A stretch of DNA of 64,000 bases from Chrysomallon squamiferum (taxonomy: Eukaryota > Animalia > Mollusca). The position numbers and the translations under genes are program-made. Under the pieces are notes generated by a model that was given only the letters and a program-made list of their open reading frames with translations, did no database searches and was not told the DNA's origin. Each line of letters begins with the position of its first letter. Within the stretch, counting starts at the first letter, position 1. The stretch lies in the NCBI GenBank assembly GCA_012295275.1, contig CM022676.1, positions 4,650,001 through 4,714,000 of the forward strand. Direction: 5' to 3'. Shown here in pieces: positions 61,301 through 64,000 of this stretch.

Positions 61301-61797
61301 TTTTATATATATACCTAAGACCACTGCCAACAACAAAATTTAAATCTAAACCATTAAAATAAAAAAGCACAAATAGTACTGCTTTACACTTTAATAAACA
61401 CTTTTCTAACAATAAAGTTTGAAAATAAAACAGATTACGCACAAAACAATGTTGTTTTCTTTCTTTCCCTTGAAACAAAGCCTTTCCTAACAATAAAGTC
61501 ACACAATAAAACTTGCCAAGGGTCATTAACGGACGCTGTCCACTTTCCCCTTGTGCGCGCGGCATAGTGTTATGATTTTTACGATACGACTTCATCAGCA
61601 CTTGTTTTTGTTACGACGGCGCTACAAATCCGCGTCATTATCGCCTTAATGCGCATGGACGTGCGGACTATAAACACGTTGCATTGTCATTCGACAAGCG
61701 TGTGCTATTAACGTTAGATAAAACGAGACGGCTATCGCTAAACATATTGTTGTCAAGTATTTTCAATTTGCGATATGACAGGCAGATACTTCCAGCC

Positions 61798-62200
61798 TCC
61801 ATTTGGAAGCACTCAATTTAGGTTTATGGGAATCGTTTTGGACTCGTGGTCATTTTTCGAGTATTCAGTTAATGATGTATGAGAAATCTAGATATTTTGT
61901 CAAGGTTCCATTTGGAAGCACTCAGTTTAGGTTTATGGGAATGATTGTTTGTGGACTCGTGGTCATTTTTGGAGTATTCAGTTAATGAAATCTGTTATTT
62001 TTGTCAAGGTCCGTTCTCGAATTAGATTTATGGACACCGTGTATGGTTTAGTGATTAATCTGAATTTTTCTGTTAACGATATGAACATTTTTAGATATTT
62101 GTCAAGTTCCATGTGCAAATACTCAGTTCAGAAAACAAAATTTTTACTATGTCCATTCATCTGTTGGAGCATTCAATTCATAAAAATAAATTGTACTATG
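61798..62200. repeat. ~100-110 bp tandem repeat, 2 close copies plus 2 decayed copies
   Basis: TCCATTTGGAAGCACTCARTTTAGGTTTATGGGAAT...GGACTCGTGGTCATTTTT.GAGTATTCAGTTAATGA at 61798 and 61907; weaker units at 62010 and 62108, each preceded by TTTGTCAAG. Confidence 0.85.
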
Positions 62201-63510
62201 GCCGTCGATCTTTTTGAGATATTTATTTTAGAATATTAGGGATTGTCTACGTCTGAAATAATTAATTAGCGATATCAAAATCTGCTAAAAAGATCAAGCC
62301 TTTGTCAAAACTGATGTTTTATAGTTTAGGATATCAAAATCAGTTTTGGTGTAAGATAATTTGGAATATGGAATTTCATACATTAAAATTAACTGTGATC
62401 TAAACCCGTTTAGAATATTCAGTTTGGAATTGGAAAAACCGACTGTCACCTAAAACCATTTTGAAAAGCACAAATCAGAATTCTAAAGTTATTCTTGACT
62501 ATTTATAATGAAATAAATATACGACATAACTGACTTTCTGACATGAAAATCTGCTTTGCTTTGTATTTATATGAAAAACTGAAATCTCGGGATGACAATT
62601 TCCAATTTATGATAACAGTATCTGCTGATTTCTAGCATATTCATTTGGAAATATTTGTTTTTGAAACTGAAATAACTCAAGAGTTAAGCCCATTTTGCAC
62701 AATTGCCTTCGTCTGATTTGAAAATCTGGTGAATCAGTATTTTCCAACGTCATGCATTACGTCACAGACAGGGTAATTTGAATGTGATGTATTAAGAATA
62801 TATATATTTTTTTTTTTTTTCTGAACCGAATAATGCAGATGGTCAAAAAATCCGGCCATGCAAAAAAAAGTAAATTATGAAATAAAATTTGTCTTGTTTT
62901 ATGAAATATGTCAATGGCTACGATTATGTGTCTAGGACACGTTCTAACTGTTTCACAGAAACTGGCCGGATTTTACGCCAATAACGGACACCAACATCTT
63001 CAGAACCACTGTGCCAGACAGTTCTTTTGTTTTGGAGGGTTTTGGAGGGAGAGAGGCGCGTGGGGTATTTGTTTTTTGTGCTGTCTTTTTTTCCTATTTT
63101 GTTTGCTTTATTTTTTGTTTCTTTGTTGTTTATTTTGTATTATTATTAAACTTTTTTTTTTTTTTTTTTTTGTTCATTTTCTTAGCTTCATATATGTATC
63201 TATATATGTCTGTCTGTACATTTATATGTGTTTGTGTGTATGTTTATGTTCGTTTAGTTTAGGATAATAAAATCATATTAAGTCTGCATTTATTTCGAAT
63301 ATTGTGTCTGACTATTTTCATTCTAAAATATTCAATTTGCCCAAATATCATTTCGAATATTAAATTTAGGAAAGCATTAATCTACGTAACAACGCCAGCC
63401 GATATTTGTTTGCAGAATTAGATTTACAATAATTATTACTTTCATCAAACGAAACAGTACAAGCTGATATCCATTTGTTTCCTATGATTGCTTTTTCTTG
63501 GTTATTGTTA

Positions 63511-63670
63511 ACACACACACACACAGACACCTAGACACACAGACACATACATACACACACACATATATATATATATACATACATATACATACATATACAC
63601 ATACATGTACATACATACACACACACATATATATATATATATATACATACATATACATATATATATATAT

Positions 63671-63728
<58 letters not shown>
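63511..63728. repeat. Compound (CA)/(TA)/(TACA) microsatellite
   Basis: Direct reading. Confidence 0.97.
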
Positions 63729-63733
<5 letters not shown>

Positions 63734-63794
63734 TTTCCTTCGTTATTGTTACACACATACACATATACAGAAATATAAACACATTTTATTGAAA

Positions 63795-63992
63795 TTATAT
63801 TTTGTGTTGTCAGTGATTCATGAATTAGCTTGTCTATAGTAATATAACAGAAGTATTCATGAAATAATTATTTATGTTTATAATGACAAAAGTATTCACG
63901 AATAAATATTTTGTGTTTATAATGACAAAAATATTCAGGAATTAATATTTTGTGTTGTCACTCACAAAATATTGACAGTGATTCACGAATAT
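63795..63992. repeat. ~39-bp degenerate minisatellite
   Basis: RTATTCA.GAA..AAT..TTT.TGTTTATAATGACAAAA; anchors at 63853, 63892 and 63931. Confidence 0.8.
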
Positions 63993-64000
63993 AACAACAG

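Noticed and set aside
61669-61692. TATAAA plus Inr-like TCATTC as a plus-strand core promoter
   Set aside because: They are only about 20 bp apart, short of the usual ~30 bp.

Overview
Eukaryotic, AT-rich, non-coding DNA (intergenic or large-intron) dominated by microsatellites: (GA/TC)n, (TATG)n, (CA)n, (TA)n, (ATT)n, (TAG)n, (GAT)n and poly-A/T. These are interleaved with 200-700 bp islands of unique, CpG-containing sequence. The texture resembles an SSR-rich invertebrate genome such as an octopod cephalopod or penaeid shrimp (inference only). I find no protein-coding gene, tRNA, rRNA, CRISPR array or conserved miRNA that I can support; nearly all ORFs in the track are microsatellite translations. 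The clearest element is an internally deleted Tc1/mariner transposon (54037-54576) with a perfect 20-bp inverted repeat and a pseudogenised HTH N-terminus. There are weaker fossils of an L1/Tx1-type endonuclease (~51.5-51.8 kb) and an Academ-like transposase (~3.7 kb), and a ~100-bp dispersed repeat that runs into (GA)n twice. The most unusual signal is a set of highly diverged tandem arrays that keep TF-like cores while the rest decays: paired CRE palindromes at mostly 17-bp spacing (5.4-6.4 kb), TTACGTCA units (22.2-23.2 kb), a CRE minisatellite (31.7-31.9 kb) and ATTGG-N22-CCAAT units (56.6-57.2 kb). All motif positions and counts were read by eye and need computational confirmation.
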